Source of the DNA: Longimicrobiales bacterium
GTDB lineage: Bacteria; Gemmatimonadota; Gemmatimonadetes; Longimicrobiales; Gaopeijiaceae
Length of the DNA stretch: 64,000 nt
Assembly (NCBI GenBank): GCA_963422615.1
Contig: OY730414.1
Location: 682,001-746,000 of the forward strand
Reading direction: 5' to 3'
Below the pieces are notes generated by a model. It saw nothing but the letters and a program-made list of their open reading frames with translations. It was not told the DNA's origin and did not search any database. The translations under genes were made by a program, and so were the position numbers. This document shows, piece after piece, positions 8,693 through 18,892 of the stretch. The stretch's first letter is position 1. Each line of letters begins with the position of its first letter.

Positions 8693-10450
8693 CTAAATCC
8701 TCGCCTGGACGGTGTAAAGCTGGTGGTAACGTCCCTGTCGAGCGATGAGGTCGTCGTGGCGACCCTGTTCGACGATACGTCCGTCCTCAACGACGAGGAT
8801 CAGGTCGGCGCGCCGGATCGTCGACAGCCGGTGGGCGATCACGAGGGTTGTCCGTCCTCGCAGGAGATCCGCAAGGCTCTTCTGGATCAGCGCTTCGCTC
8901 TCGGTGTCGAGACTCGAAGTTGCTTCGTCCAAAAGGAGGATACTCGGTTCCGAAAGAATAGCCCGAGCGATGGTAACCCGCTGGCGCTGCCCCCCGGAGA
9001 GCTTCACGCCCCGCTCTCCGATCACCGTGTCCAGCCCGTCCGGGAAGCGGTCGGTGAACTCGGTCACGAATGCCTGCTCCGCCGCCCGCTGGACGTCGGC
9101 AGCCGATGCGGTCGGGTGCGCAAAGAGCAGGTTATCGCGAATCGTGCCGTCGAAGAGGAAGTCGTCCTGGAGCACAAGGCCGAGCTGATCCCGGTACGAG
9201 GAGAGCTCTACGTCGCGTAGATCGACGCCGTCGACGAGGACTCGGCCCCGTTCGGGTTGCAGAAATGAAGCGGCGAGCCCGGCCAGCGTCGACTTTCCAG
9301 ATCCCGAGCTGCCGACCAGGGCGATTACCGTACCGGGTTGGGCCTCGAAGCTGATCCCATTCAGGACGGGCTTGTCTTCCTCGTAGCGAAAATGCACGTC
9401 TTCGAATGCGAGGTGGCCCCTCATCCGAGGCATCTCGGCCGTGCGTCGAGGATCGTCGTCCTCTCGTGGCCAAGACAACAGCTCCGCGGTCCGGTCCAGG
9501 CCCGCAAACGCCTCCGTCATCTGCGTGCCGATATTGGCCATCTGCAAGACAGGGGCGATCAGGAATCCCAGAAAGACCGTGAACGAGAAGAGCGCTCCAA
9601 CGGTAAGTTCGCCCGAAATGATGAGGCGTCCCCCGTACCCCATGACCAAGACGCCTGCCAGTCCCATGAAGAAGGCCCCCAGGCTGGTCACCATGCTGGA
9701 AGTCGCCAGCGTGGTCTTTACGTTGGCGAAGATCCGCATGACGCCTTCCCGGAACACATCCGCTTCTCTTCCTACCGCCTGGAATCCCTTGACGATACGA
9801 ATGCCCCCGAGGGCTTCGGTGAGTCGGCCGGTGACTTCGGCTCGGATTTGGCCGCGTTCCCGGAACGCAGGGCGCAATGTCTTGAATGCCCGGGTGGACA
9901 CGATGGCGAACCCGGCCAAGGGTCCGATCGCCAGCAGAGTCATGACCGGGCTGATCCCGATCAGAAAGGTGAGGGCCACGACGGCCGTGACCGTCCCCCC
10001 CACCAACTGCACGAGACCGGTGCCCACCAGATTCCGCACGCCCACCACATCGTCCATGATCCGGGACACGAGCTCTCCCGACTTCGTGTTGTCGAGTACG
10101 CCTACCGGCAGTTCCAGTACATGCCTCTGCACCTGGGAACGGAGGTTGGCGATGAGGTTCTGGGCCTCGACGCTGACCAGCATGGTCAGGGCATACGAAG
10201 TCACCGACTGAATCAAGACGGCCCCGCCGACGGCGCCCAGCAGCCCGTAGAGCAGCCCGATATTCCCGTTGGCGATAACGTCGTCGATCAGGTGCCGGGT
10301 GGAAGCCGGCAGGACTAACCCCGCGAGCCGGTTGAAGAGAATGAGCACCAGTCCCAGGAGAACGAGTCGGCGGCGTGGCCAAATGATCTCCTGAAACGCG
10401 TTCTTGAGGCTCGATCCCGAGATCTTTTTCGAGGGCTGGCGATTTGCCAT
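8693..10450 (-). CDS. ABC exporter, fused permease and ATP-binding domain (MsbA/MdlB-like)
   Basis: N-terminal TM helices; Walker A GSSGSGKS, LSGGQRQR, LLLDEATSSLD, IAHRLST. Confidence 0.95.
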   Translation of the reverse strand: MANRQPSKKISGSSLKNAFQEIIWPRRRLVLLGLVLILFNRLAGLVLPASTRHLIDDVIANGNIGLLYGLLGAVGGAVLIQSVTSYALTMLVSVEAQNLIANLRSQVQRHVLELPVGVLDNTKSGELVSRIMDDVVGVRNLVGTGLVQLVGGTVTAVVALTFLIGISPVMTLLAIGPLAGFAIVSTRAFKTLRPAFRERGQIRAEVTGRLTEALGGIRIVKGFQAVGREADVFREGVMRIFANVKTTLATSSMVTSLGAFFMGLAGVLVMGYGGRLIISGELTVGALFSFTVFLGFLIAPVLQMANIGTQMTEAFAGLDRTAELLSWPREDDDPRRTAEMPRMRGHLAFEDVHFRYEEDKPVLNGISFEAQPGTVIALVGSSGSGKSTLAGLAASFLQPERGRVLVDGVDLRDVELSSYRDQLGLVLQDDFLFDGTIRDNLLFAHPTASAADVQRAAEQAFVTEFTDRFPDGLDTVIGERGVKLSGGQRQRVTIARAILSEPSILLLDEATSSLDTESEALIQKSLADLLRGRTTLVIAHRLSTIRRADLILVVEDGRIVEQGRHDDLIARQGRYHQLYTVQARI

Positions 10451-10494
10451 GGCTGCCAGGTGGAAGGGTGAAAGTCAGGGAACGAAGAGTAACG

Positions 10495-11160
10495 TCAACC
10501 CGAGGGATGCCGCAGGTCCAGGACCAGTCGAGGCTCGCCCGACGTTTCCATGATGCGGAAGTCGGTTTCGGTGGACAGCCCCAGAAGCCACCTTACCCTG
10601 CCGGCTTCGTTACAGGTCTGTGCGGCCACCGAAAGGGCGGGCAACCCATCCGGAGCTTGGTCTTCGACCCAGGCGTTTCCGTCCCCTTCGGCCTGGGCGG
10701 GCTCGAAATCGACGACGAGCTGGGCAGGGGCGGAGGTCGCGTCCCCGGAGGCGTCGCACCCGCCTCCCTCGTTTGCGAGGACCAGGCGGTACCCCGGAAT
10801 CTCCGGGGCGAAGGAAAAAGTGATTCGGTCAAAGCCAGCAGAAGGCTCGGTCGACTCCGGGGGGACCATGGATGCGATGTGGATTCCTGTCAGGCGGACC
10901 GGCTCCTTTTCGGGGTCGAAATGTCGAGAGACCTTGTTCCGGGTCCACTTCAGGTTGAGACGGACCTCCGACGGCTCCAGGTCACCGTAGTCAAACTCCG
11001 TTAGCGCCGTCGCGGGGCTTTCGGTGGAAATGAAGGGATCGGGTTCGGGTTGATCCTCCCCGCCACAGGCCGCAGCGATCGGAACGGTGAGGAGGGCCCA
11101 GAGGCTCGCGAAGGGGGGCGTACCGGGATTACTTCGGGGAGTACCGAATGCTTGAGGCAT
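10495..11160 (-). CDS. Hypothetical lipoprotein (possible AMIN-like domain)
   Basis: Lipobox IAAA/C; FDRITFSF...PGYR...PRLVLDL beta-rich pattern. Confidence 0.6.
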   Translation of the reverse strand: MPQAFGTPRSNPGTPPFASLWALLTVPIAAACGGEDQPEPDPFISTESPATALTEFDYGDLEPSEVRLNLKWTRNKVSRHFDPEKEPVRLTGIHIASMVPPESTEPSAGFDRITFSFAPEIPGYRLVLANEGGGCDASGDATSAPAQLVVDFEPAQAEGDGNAWVEDQAPDGLPALSVAAQTCNEAGRVRWLLGLSTETDFRIMETSGEPRLVLDLRHPSG

Positions 11161-11302
11161 GGGGAGGCATCCTTTCTCTTGAAGCGATAGGAAGATTTTG
11201 TAACCTAGGTCGGGTTTGTCATGAATAGGGCATCGGAGGCCGACGTCGGGGCGGTGCGGCCGGCCCGCGCTGTCAGCCCCCTGGACCCTGACGTGTGGGG
11301 GG

Positions 11303-12547
11303 TTAGGAAATCAGGATGTCCCTTGCCATCCGTACGGCTTCGGCAAGCCGGTCCACCTCTTCGGTGGTGTTGTACAGGTAGAAGGATGCCCGAACCGTGG
11401 CCGACAGCCCGAACCGGTTTACCACGAGCTGGGCACAGTGATGTCCCGCTCTCACGGCGATCCCCTGAGCGTCCAGTAGCGTAGCGACATCCTGGGCCGA
11501 TGTTCCGTCGATTACGAACGATACCACGCCGGCGCGTTCCGCCGCCTGGGACGGGCCCAGAATGCGCAGACCCTCCACCTCCGAAAGGAGCGTCACGGCC
11601 AATTTCGCGAGGGCCGTTTCGTGCTCGTGGATGGCCCCGATTCCGACTCCTTCCAGGTACTCCACGGCAGCCGCCATGCCGACGGCGCCGGCAACGTTGG
11701 GCGTTCCGGCCTCGAACTTGTGGGGAACGTCCGCCCAGGTGCTGTAGTCCCGGTAGACGTTCTCGATCATCTCGCCCCCGCCCTGGTAGGGGGGCATCTC
11801 CTCCAGAAGCGCCTTCCGGCACCACAGCGCGCCTACGCCGGTCGGTCCGCACATCTTATGGCCGGAGAACGCATAGGCGTCACAGCCGATCGCCTGTACG
11901 TCCAGGGGTAGATGAGGAGCGCCTTGGGCGCCGTCCAGAACGTACACCGCGGCGGTTCTTTCCCGCACCCGCCGACCGATTTCCCGCACCGGGTTGATCG
12001 TGCCCAGGGCGTTGGACACGTGGGAGAGAGCGACGATCTTCGTGCGCGGGCCCAGCAGATCCGTGAGCTGATCCAGATCGATACGCCCGTCGTCCGTCAA
12101 CTCCGCGTACTTCAAACTCCCATGGTTCCGGGCGGCCAGAAGCTGCCAGGGGACCAAGTTGGAGTGATGTTCCATTTCGGAGACGACGATCTCGTCACCG
12201 GGGCCGACCCGGGCCTGGCCCGCTGAAAACGCCACCAGGTTCAGGGCTTCGCTGGTTCCCCGGGTCCAGACCACTTCGCAGGCGTCGTGTGCGTTAAGCC
12301 AGCGGGCGACCCGCGTCCGACTTCCTTCATAGGCCTCTGTAGCCCGGCGAGCGAGCTCGTGGACGCCTCGGTGCACGTTGGCGTGGTCCCGCCGGTAGTA
12401 CGTGCCGATGGCGTCGATGACTTGCCGCGGCTTCTGGGAGGAAGCGGCGTTGTCCAGGTAGACGAGGGGTTTTCCCTCAATCACCTGGTCCAGGATGGGG
12501 AAGTCCCGCCGGATTGCGGCGACGTCGAGAGAGGCGGGCGGCTTCAT
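11303..12547 (-). CDS. sufS: Cysteine desulfurase SufS
   Basis: LVYLDNAASSQKP, FSGHKMCGPTG (PLP Lys), VRAGHHCAQ (group II catalytic Cys). Confidence 0.96.
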   Translation of the reverse strand: MKPPASLDVAAIRRDFPILDQVIEGKPLVYLDNAASSQKPRQVIDAIGTYYRRDHANVHRGVHELARRATEAYEGSRTRVARWLNAHDACEVVWTRGTSEALNLVAFSAGQARVGPGDEIVVSEMEHHSNLVPWQLLAARNHGSLKYAELTDDGRIDLDQLTDLLGPRTKIVALSHVSNALGTINPVREIGRRVRERTAAVYVLDGAQGAPHLPLDVQAIGCDAYAFSGHKMCGPTGVGALWCRKALLEEMPPYQGGGEMIENVYRDYSTWADVPHKFEAGTPNVAGAVGMAAAVEYLEGVGIGAIHEHETALAKLAVTLLSEVEGLRILGPSQAAERAGVVSFVIDGTSAQDVATLLDAQGIAVRAGHHCAQLVVNRFGLSATVRASFYLYNTTEEVDRLAEAVRMARDILIS

Positions 12548-12604
12548 GGTCCGATCCGCCGGTTCGAGTCCCGCGTGCGCGCCTGGTCCGGAACCACGTG
12601 CCGA

Positions 12605-12946
12605 CTAGCCCAGCCGCAGGTAAACCTCACCGTCCCGCACTTCCACCGGGAAGGTTCGCACCGGTCGGACGGCGGGGAGCCGGGTTGATCGGCCCGTGCG
12701 GACATCGAAAGTCGCCCCATGAAAGATGCACTCCAGTCGGTTGCCTTCCAGTTCCCCGGAGGAAAGGGGGAAATCCTGGTGGGAGCACCGATCCTCCAAA
12801 GCGAAGAAGTCGCCGTCCACGTTGGCCAGAACGATGCGCTCCCCTCCCGTTTGGACCGCCTTGATGGCCCCGGGGGGTACCGCAGTCGCGGCCGAGACCC
12901 GAACCCAAGCCGCTCCGGGCGACGGGGCGACTCCCTCGTCAGGCAT
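12605..12946 (-). CDS. Rieske-type [2Fe-2S] ferredoxin
   Basis: CSHQ...CIFHGATFD ligands; overlaps the sufD stop. Confidence 0.92.
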   Translation of the reverse strand: MPDEGVAPSPGAAWVRVSAATAVPPGAIKAVQTGGERIVLANVDGDFFALEDRCSHQDFPLSSGELEGNRLECIFHGATFDVRTGRSTRLPAVRPVRTFPVEVRDGEVYLRLG

Positions 12947-14276
12947 ATCGCAATTTGGTCTCGATGGCCTTCGTGATCTTTCTTGCCACTCCGCCCATGG
13001 GGAGTTTGGAAAGAACTTCGCCCAGGAAGCCCAGCACCACGAGCCGCTCGGCTCGTCTTCTACTCAGCCCCCGGCTCATGAGGTAGAAAAGAGCATCGGC
13101 GTCGAGCTGTCCCACCGTGGCCCCGTGGGAGCATCGTACATCGTCGGCCTCGATTTCCAAATTCGGAAGCGAGTTCGCCCTTGCCCGGTCCGAGAGAATG
13201 AGATTGCGGTTGGTCTGATAGGCGTCCGTCCCCTGGGCGCCTTCGTGGACCCGAATGACACCCCGGAAGATCCCCTTTGCCTCGCCGTCGAGGGCTCCCT
13301 TGTAGAGCAGGTCGCTGCGGGCGTGGGGAGCGACGTGGTCCTGGCTCGTGTTGAAGTCGAAGTGCTGGTCTCCGTCCCCGAAGTACAGGCCGAGCATGTC
13401 GCTGTTGGCTCCCGGTCCCAGGAGCCTGGCATTCAGGTCGACCCTGCCCACCGACCCCCCCAGAGCCACGTTCAGGGTGTTCAGGGTGGCATCCCGCTCC
13501 GCCAGAGTGCGCTGGTGGGCCAAGTAGAACCCGCCACGCCCCATTCGCTGCAGCGACACGTACTGGACCCGAGCTCCTCCACGAGCGAAGAGCTCGACGG
13601 CGGTATCGGCCAGGGTTGTGGTCTCGAAGTCGGGGGACAGGATCTCGTCTACGAAGGAGACCCGGCTCTGCTCTTCGGCTACGATGAGAATGCGCGTAAA
13701 GGTTGCCGTTCCCGGGTGCGATACCCACCGACTGAGGCGGATGGGGCGATCGAGGGAGACCCCTGGGGGGACTTGGAGGAATACGCCGTCGCTCCAGAGC
13801 GCCGTGTTCAGCGCCGGGAGTTTGCCGTCCGAGGCGGGCACGGCTTCGGTGGCCAAGAGGGCTTCGACCCCGCCGATTCCCCTCCGGGCCGCGTCTCGCA
13901 AGGAAGCGAGTACCACCCCCTGGGCCGCCAGGGAGTCGTCGAGCTCCGCCGAAATCACCGATCCATCAACTTCGACGATGCGTCCACCGCTCTTCACATC
14001 CTGTTCCAGGGCCCGGTGCAACCCGGCGGGTACCGTTTTGCCCACTGCGGCGACAGGAAGAGACAGGGTGTCCAGGGGCAGCTTGCTTCTCAGGTCCGTG
14101 TAGCGCCATTCCTCCGAACGGGTGGACGGCAAGGGCGTTGCCGCGAAGATGTTCCAGGCCTCTTCCCGGCGGAGCTTCAACCATCCGGGATCGGCGGCGC
14201 CCACTTCCAAGGCGGCCTCCCGGTCAATGGGCCGGCCCCCTATTTTCGGGACCAACACGGCTCCGCTATTCGTCAT
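12939..14276 (-). CDS. sufD: Fe-S cluster assembly protein SufD
   Basis: EEWRYTDL, TDAYQTNRNLILS, PNLEIEADDVRCSHGATVG, FYLMSRG. Confidence 0.95.
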   Translation of the reverse strand: MTNSGAVLVPKIGGRPIDREAALEVGAADPGWLKLRREEAWNIFAATPLPSTRSEEWRYTDLRSKLPLDTLSLPVAAVGKTVPAGLHRALEQDVKSGGRIVEVDGSVISAELDDSLAAQGVVLASLRDAARRGIGGVEALLATEAVPASDGKLPALNTALWSDGVFLQVPPGVSLDRPIRLSRWVSHPGTATFTRILIVAEEQSRVSFVDEILSPDFETTTLADTAVELFARGGARVQYVSLQRMGRGGFYLAHQRTLAERDATLNTLNVALGGSVGRVDLNARLLGPGANSDMLGLYFGDGDQHFDFNTSQDHVAPHARSDLLYKGALDGEAKGIFRGVIRVHEGAQGTDAYQTNRNLILSDRARANSLPNLEIEADDVRCSHGATVGQLDADALFYLMSRGLSRRRAERLVVLGFLGEVLSKLPMGGVARKITKAIETKLRYA

Positions 14277-14372
14277 CGCTGATCAGATCCCCTTGCCTAT
14301 AAGGATATCGGGATCGGGCACACCCCACCGGTCGGAACCGCAATTGACGTCCCTGGGCCGGCGAAGCGTCGA

Positions 14373-15788
14373 CTAACCCACACTCCCTTCCATCTCCAAT
14401 TCGATGAGCCGGTTGAGCTCCACGGCGTACTCCAGGGGGAGCTCCTTCGCGATGGGCTCAATGAACCCGCGCACGATCAGCGCCATGGCCTCCGCTTCGT
14501 TCATGCCCCGGCTCATCAGGTAGAAGAGCTGCTCGTGGCCTACCTTCGAGACCGTGGCTTCGTGCCCTACCGTGGCACTCCTCTCGTCAATCTCGATGTA
14601 CGGAAACGTATCCGTGCGAGAGGTATCATGAATCAGAAGCGCGTCACACTCCACGTTGGCCCGAGCATTCGTGGCTCCGTCGTACACCTTGCACAGCCCC
14701 CGGTACGAAGAGCGCCCCGTCCCCTTGGAGATGGACTTGGACACGATGCTGGATGTTGTGTTGGGGGCAACGTGAATCACCTTGCCACCGGTGTCCTGGT
14801 GCTGACCGTCTCCGGCGTAGGCGATGGAGAGGATCTCCCCGTGGGCGCCCTGGCCCACAAGATAGCAGGACGGGTACTTCATGGTCAGCTTCGATCCCAG
14901 GTTGCCGTCCAGCCACTCCATGTGGCCGCCCTGGTGAACCAGCGCCCGCTGGGTCACCAGGTTGTACATGTTGTTGGACCAGTTCTGGATCGTTGTGTAC
15001 CGGAAACGAGCATCCCGGTTGACCAGGATCTCGATCACACCCGAATGGAACGAGTCCGTTGAGTAGACCGGGGCGGTACACCCTTCGATGTAGTGAGCCC
15101 GCGACCCTTCTCCGGCAATGATGAGGGTGCGTTCGAACTGACCCAGTCGTTCCTGGTTGACCCGGAAGTACGCCTGCAAGGGCGTGTCGAGGTGCACGCC
15201 CGGCGGAATGTAGACGAACGACCCGCCGGACCAAACGGCAGAATTGAGGGCGGCGAATTTGTTGTCGGCGGCGGGGATAACGGTGCCGAAGTGCTCTCTG
15301 AACAACTGGGGATGGTTCTTGAGTCCGTCTTCGATGGAATCGAAGATGACCCCCTTGGACTCCCACTCTTCCTTCAAGGAGTGGTAGACCATTTCCGAGT
15401 CGTACTGGGCGCCGACCCCGGCCAGGATCTTCCGCTCCGCTTCCGGAATCCCCAGCCGTTCGAAGGTCAGCTTGATGTTCTCCGGCACGTCGTCCCAGGA
15501 GCGTTCGATCTTCTCCTGGGGCTTCACGTAGAAGTACGTCTGCTCCAGGGTCTCCCGAAGCTCGGAAAGATCACCGCCCCACTGGGGCATGGGTTTGGAT
15601 TCGTAGATCTTGAGGGCCTTCAGACGGGCCGAAAGCATCCACTCCGGTTCCTCTTTCCGGGCGGAAATCTGTCGCACGACATCTGCGTCAAGACCCGGCC
15701 GGGTCCGGTAGACGGGTTTCGAGTCCGTCCTGAAATCGAATTTGTAGTCGTCAAGACCGAGTCCCTGAACAACTTCGTTCCGAGGCAT
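14373..15788 (-). CDS. sufB: Fe-S cluster assembly protein SufB
   Basis: [56 protein letters not shown]. Confidence 0.97.
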   Translation of the reverse strand: MPRNEVVQGLGLDDYKFDFRTDSKPVYRTRPGLDADVVRQISARKEEPEWMLSARLKALKIYESKPMPQWGGDLSELRETLEQTYFYVKPQEKIERSWDDVPENIKLTFERLGIPEAERKILAGVGAQYDSEMVYHSLKEEWESKGVIFDSIEDGLKNHPQLFREHFGTVIPAADNKFAALNSAVWSGGSFVYIPPGVHLDTPLQAYFRVNQERLGQFERTLIIAGEGSRAHYIEGCTAPVYSTDSFHSGVIEILVNRDARFRYTTIQNWSNNMYNLVTQRALVHQGGHMEWLDGNLGSKLTMKYPSCYLVGQGAHGEILSIAYAGDGQHQDTGGKVIHVAPNTTSSIVSKSISKGTGRSSYRGLCKVYDGATNARANVECDALLIHDTSRTDTFPYIEIDERSATVGHEATVSKVGHEQLFYLMSRGMNEAEAMALIVRGFIEPIAKELPLEYAVELNRLIELEMEGSVG

Positions 15789-15851
15789 CATTTCCTCCCT
15801 ATTGCCGGAGCCCGAAGCTTGGTTCGGGCAAATCCGTATCTCCGAATCGGT

Positions 15852-16625
15852 TCAGCCTGCGCTGGCGGTCCTGTACTCTTCGTACCCCCGGGCCTCCAGC
15901 GCCAAGGCGACTTCGGGGCCGCCCGATTCTACGATTTTTCCCCCCACCATCACATGGACCACATCCGGGGTAATGTAGTTCAGGATCCGCTGGTAGTGGG
16001 TGATGAGAAGAACCGCCATGTCGGGGTTTTCCTTCTTCAGGGTGTTCACCCCGCCGGCCACCACCTTGAGCGCATCAATGTCAAGCCCCGAGTCCGTCTC
16101 GTCCATCACGGCGAGGGTCGGCTTGAGGACCGCCATCTGAAGGATCTCGTTTCGCTTCTTTTCTCCCCCGCTGAACCCGTCGTTGACCGGACGTTCTGCA
16201 AAGGAAGCGTCCATATCCAGGATCTCCATATTCTCCAGGAGGAGCTCCTGGAAATCGAAGAGGTCCAGCTCCTCTCCGTCTTCCAGCCGGGCCTGCATGG
16301 CGGTGCGGAGGAAGTTTGCGATGGAAACGCCGGGGATCTCGACTGGGTACTGGAACGCCATGAACACCCCGGCGCGGGCCCGCTCATCGGGCTCCAATTC
16401 CAGCAGGTCCTCTCCGCGAAACCCTACCGATCCTGCGGTGGGCTCGTAATCCGGGTGACCGGCGATCACCTTGGCCAGGGTACTCTTGCCGGACCCGTTC
16501 GGTCCCATAATGGCGTGAACTTCACCGGGCCGAACCCTCAGGTCCACGCCTTTCAGAATATCGGTGTCCTCGTTCGCGACACCCGCCGCGAGACCAGACA
16601 CCTCCAGGACCCGAGAATCGTCCAT
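15852..16625 (-). CDS. sufC: Fe-S cluster assembly ATPase SufC
   Basis: HAIMGPNGSGKST, FQYPVEIPGV, GFSGGEKKRNEILQM, DETDSGLDIDAL. Confidence 0.97.
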   Translation of the reverse strand: MDDSRVLEVSGLAAGVANEDTDILKGVDLRVRPGEVHAIMGPNGSGKSTLAKVIAGHPDYEPTAGSVGFRGEDLLELEPDERARAGVFMAFQYPVEIPGVSIANFLRTAMQARLEDGEELDLFDFQELLLENMEILDMDASFAERPVNDGFSGGEKKRNEILQMAVLKPTLAVMDETDSGLDIDALKVVAGGVNTLKKENPDMAVLLITHYQRILNYITPDVVHVMVGGKIVESGGPEVALALEARGYEEYRTASAG

Positions 16626-16686
16626 CCAGCCGACTCCTTGAAGCTTCCTTCATCATCCGGAATCATTCTTCGATTTTGGAAGAGAA

Positions 16687-16715
16687 AAGGTATTCGAAAC
16701 CAAGGAGAGGGTCAA
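16687..16715 (-). promoter_or_regulatory. Putative sigma70 promoter of the suf operon
   Basis: Minus strand TTGACC-17 nt-TACCTT about 60 bp upstream of sufC, with an AT-rich block further upstream. Confidence 0.55.
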
Positions 16716-16925
16716 GTCGCTTCTGGTCGAGTGAACACGGACACAGTGTTTCTTAAGTATATGCGATATAATGACTTATCGATTAGAATACTCTTTCGCC
16801 TGCGGCTGGACGGCGGAAACCCGGCCCGGGAGGACCGCCATCGGTCGGACCTCAACTCGGGTGCTCGACGGCCCTGGCCGGCGGCCGAGCTCCGGGGATG
16901 GGCGGAGCTAGGGGATCGTCCGGGA

Positions 16926-18683
16926 TCAGAAGATCGCCCCCGTGATCCAGGTGTCGGACCTGACCCAGGCTTCCTTGAAGCGGTGCCCGGCCTTGTCCGC
17001 CTCCTCGTACTTTCCCTGGGCTCGAAGGGCGGCCTCCAGGCCCCAGAGGGACCACCCGTTGTGGGGATGGTCCTCCAATGCTGCCTTGAAGACCGCTTCC
17101 GCGTCCTCGTAGCGTTCCAGTTCCAGGAGCAAGTCCCCGAGCCAATGGCGGGCCGAGAAGTTGAGCGGCTCGGGCTCGTCGTAGCGAAGACCGTCCTCGA
17201 CGGTGACCGCCTTTTCCAGAACCTTGACGGCCTGGCTCATTTCGCCTTTGTCGCGGAGGATCTCGCCTTCCAGGATGCCTGCGGCGACGCCCAGCAAGTC
17301 GGTTGCCGAATGCCCCCGGAAGGTTTCGCTCTCCGGAATCCTGTCCGCCGCCTGCCTTACCCGCTCCAAGTAGATGGCTCCCCGGTTCGGCTCCCCGGTT
17401 CGAAGGAACGCGTATCCCCGGGCGAAGTCCCAGAATCCCCTTTGAATTCCTCCATCGGGGGGATCATCCATTTCCAGGATCTCATGGAAACGGCCGAAAC
17501 GAAGGAGGGCCAGGGCTTGGTAGAACGCGCCTCCGGGCACGATCTTGCCGTAATCCTTCGCTGCCTGGATGGCAATGGCGCCCTGTCCGTCCATGGACGC
17601 GGCGAACAGAAGCATGTGGAGGTTGTGGGAGGGATAGATGGCCCATGCCGTGCCGGCTTCGGACCGCAGGTCCGAGTGCCACGCGGCCAGGTTGGACCGT
17701 ACGGCGTCCCCCCAGCGGCCCACTCGGTTGTAGGTATGGGACGGCATGTGCTGGATGTGGCTGGCCCCGGGTATCGCTTGGCCGAGGTGTTCGGCGCACC
17801 CCTCGGCCAGCCCGGGGTTCACCGTGGGTTCGGTTGCGTGAATGTACAGATGGCACGCTCCCGGATGCCGGATGTCACGGGCGAGGACGGATTCCAGAAT
17901 CCCGTGGATCTTCCTCACGGCCGGCTTCTCAATGTTCCAGCGACCACGGCGGGGCTCAAGGAGCATCAGGGATTCCCCGTAAAGCGTGCCGACCTCCGAA
18001 TCGCCGGCAAAGCGCGCGTACACGCGACCCATTGCCTCTGCGTAGGCAGAGTCCAAGCTCTTTCGGGTCTTGGCGTCGTGTTGGCTCGTGTACCGAACCG
18101 CCATGGCCTCGATTAGCGCCGCCTCCACGTCGCTTGCGCGCTCTGCGGCGAGTTCCCTGGCCTTCGTGATGTTCTCGAACGCCCTGGGGGCGTCATCAGG
18201 CCCCATGGGTCCATTCAGATACGGTCCCCATGCCCACGCTTCGCCCCAGAAGCACATGGCGCAGCCCGGGTCCTGCCTCTGGGCCTGGCGAAAGGATCGG
18301 GCCGCCCGCAGGGGGGTGAAGGCGTACATCATTTGGAGCCCCTGATCGAAAAATTCCTGGGCCCGGGGCGAATCCGTCGTGATGGGACGGCTTAGGGGCC
18401 CCAGCGCCTCGGAGTAGAAAACGGCTTCCTCGTCGAATCCGGCGGGATAGTCCGCCCTCCGGAAACTTCCTGGGTCTGCTTTCCGGGAAACTTCCTGGGT
18501 CTGAACCCCAGAATTGGGCGCCAAGGCAGGGAAAGGCGCCCTCATCGCTGCCGAAAGTGGGGCGGGGAACTCCGCGAAGGGAAGAACGGCAAGAGCCGCG
18601 AGGGCCACGGAGACCCCAAGAGCGGGCCGCTTCACCGCGGCCGTAACGATGGCGCACCGGCGCCGGATAGCTTCTTTTTCCAT
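16926..18683 (-). CDS. Exported TPR-like helical-repeat protein with His-rich motifs
   Basis: Signal-like N-terminus; AQEFFDQGL...CAMCFWGEAWAWGP; HPGACHLYIHATE; HIQHMPSHTY; C-terminal TPR HPHNGWSLWGL. Confidence 0.8.
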   Translation of the reverse strand: MEKEAIRRRCAIVTAAVKRPALGVSVALAALAVLPFAEFPAPLSAAMRAPFPALAPNSGVQTQEVSRKADPGSFRRADYPAGFDEEAVFYSEALGPLSRPITTDSPRAQEFFDQGLQMMYAFTPLRAARSFRQAQRQDPGCAMCFWGEAWAWGPYLNGPMGPDDAPRAFENITKARELAAERASDVEAALIEAMAVRYTSQHDAKTRKSLDSAYAEAMGRVYARFAGDSEVGTLYGESLMLLEPRRGRWNIEKPAVRKIHGILESVLARDIRHPGACHLYIHATEPTVNPGLAEGCAEHLGQAIPGASHIQHMPSHTYNRVGRWGDAVRSNLAAWHSDLRSEAGTAWAIYPSHNLHMLLFAASMDGQGAIAIQAAKDYGKIVPGGAFYQALALLRFGRFHEILEMDDPPDGGIQRGFWDFARGYAFLRTGEPNRGAIYLERVRQAADRIPESETFRGHSATDLLGVAAGILEGEILRDKGEMSQAVKVLEKAVTVEDGLRYDEPEPLNFSARHWLGDLLLELERYEDAEAVFKAALEDHPHNGWSLWGLEAALRAQGKYEEADKAGHRFKEAWVRSDTWITGAIF

Positions 18684-18892
18684 ACGCTTGCCCGTCTGTT
18701 TGCCCGTTGCAACTTACTTGTTTGGTCCTGTAAGATGCCGACCCGGCCTGGTTGGCGCCAGCCATTTGGCCCTTCTTGAAAGGAGACGCTGGCTCCGTAC
18801 GTAGACGCAACCATACACTTCCGGTTCGGGCGTTACCGGATCCTTGAGGGTCACGCAGCTAACACGAATTCCCCGCTCAACATGGAGAAAGT

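Noticed and set aside
15093..18116. 1007-aa + strand ORF
   Set aside because: Antisense shadow of sufB, sufC and the TPR gene; no motifs, and long reverse-frame ORFs are expected at this GC content.
18807..18835. Possible autoregulatory ECF promoter GCAACC...CGTT
   Set aside because: The 18-nt spacer is longer than usual and there is no second instance to support it.
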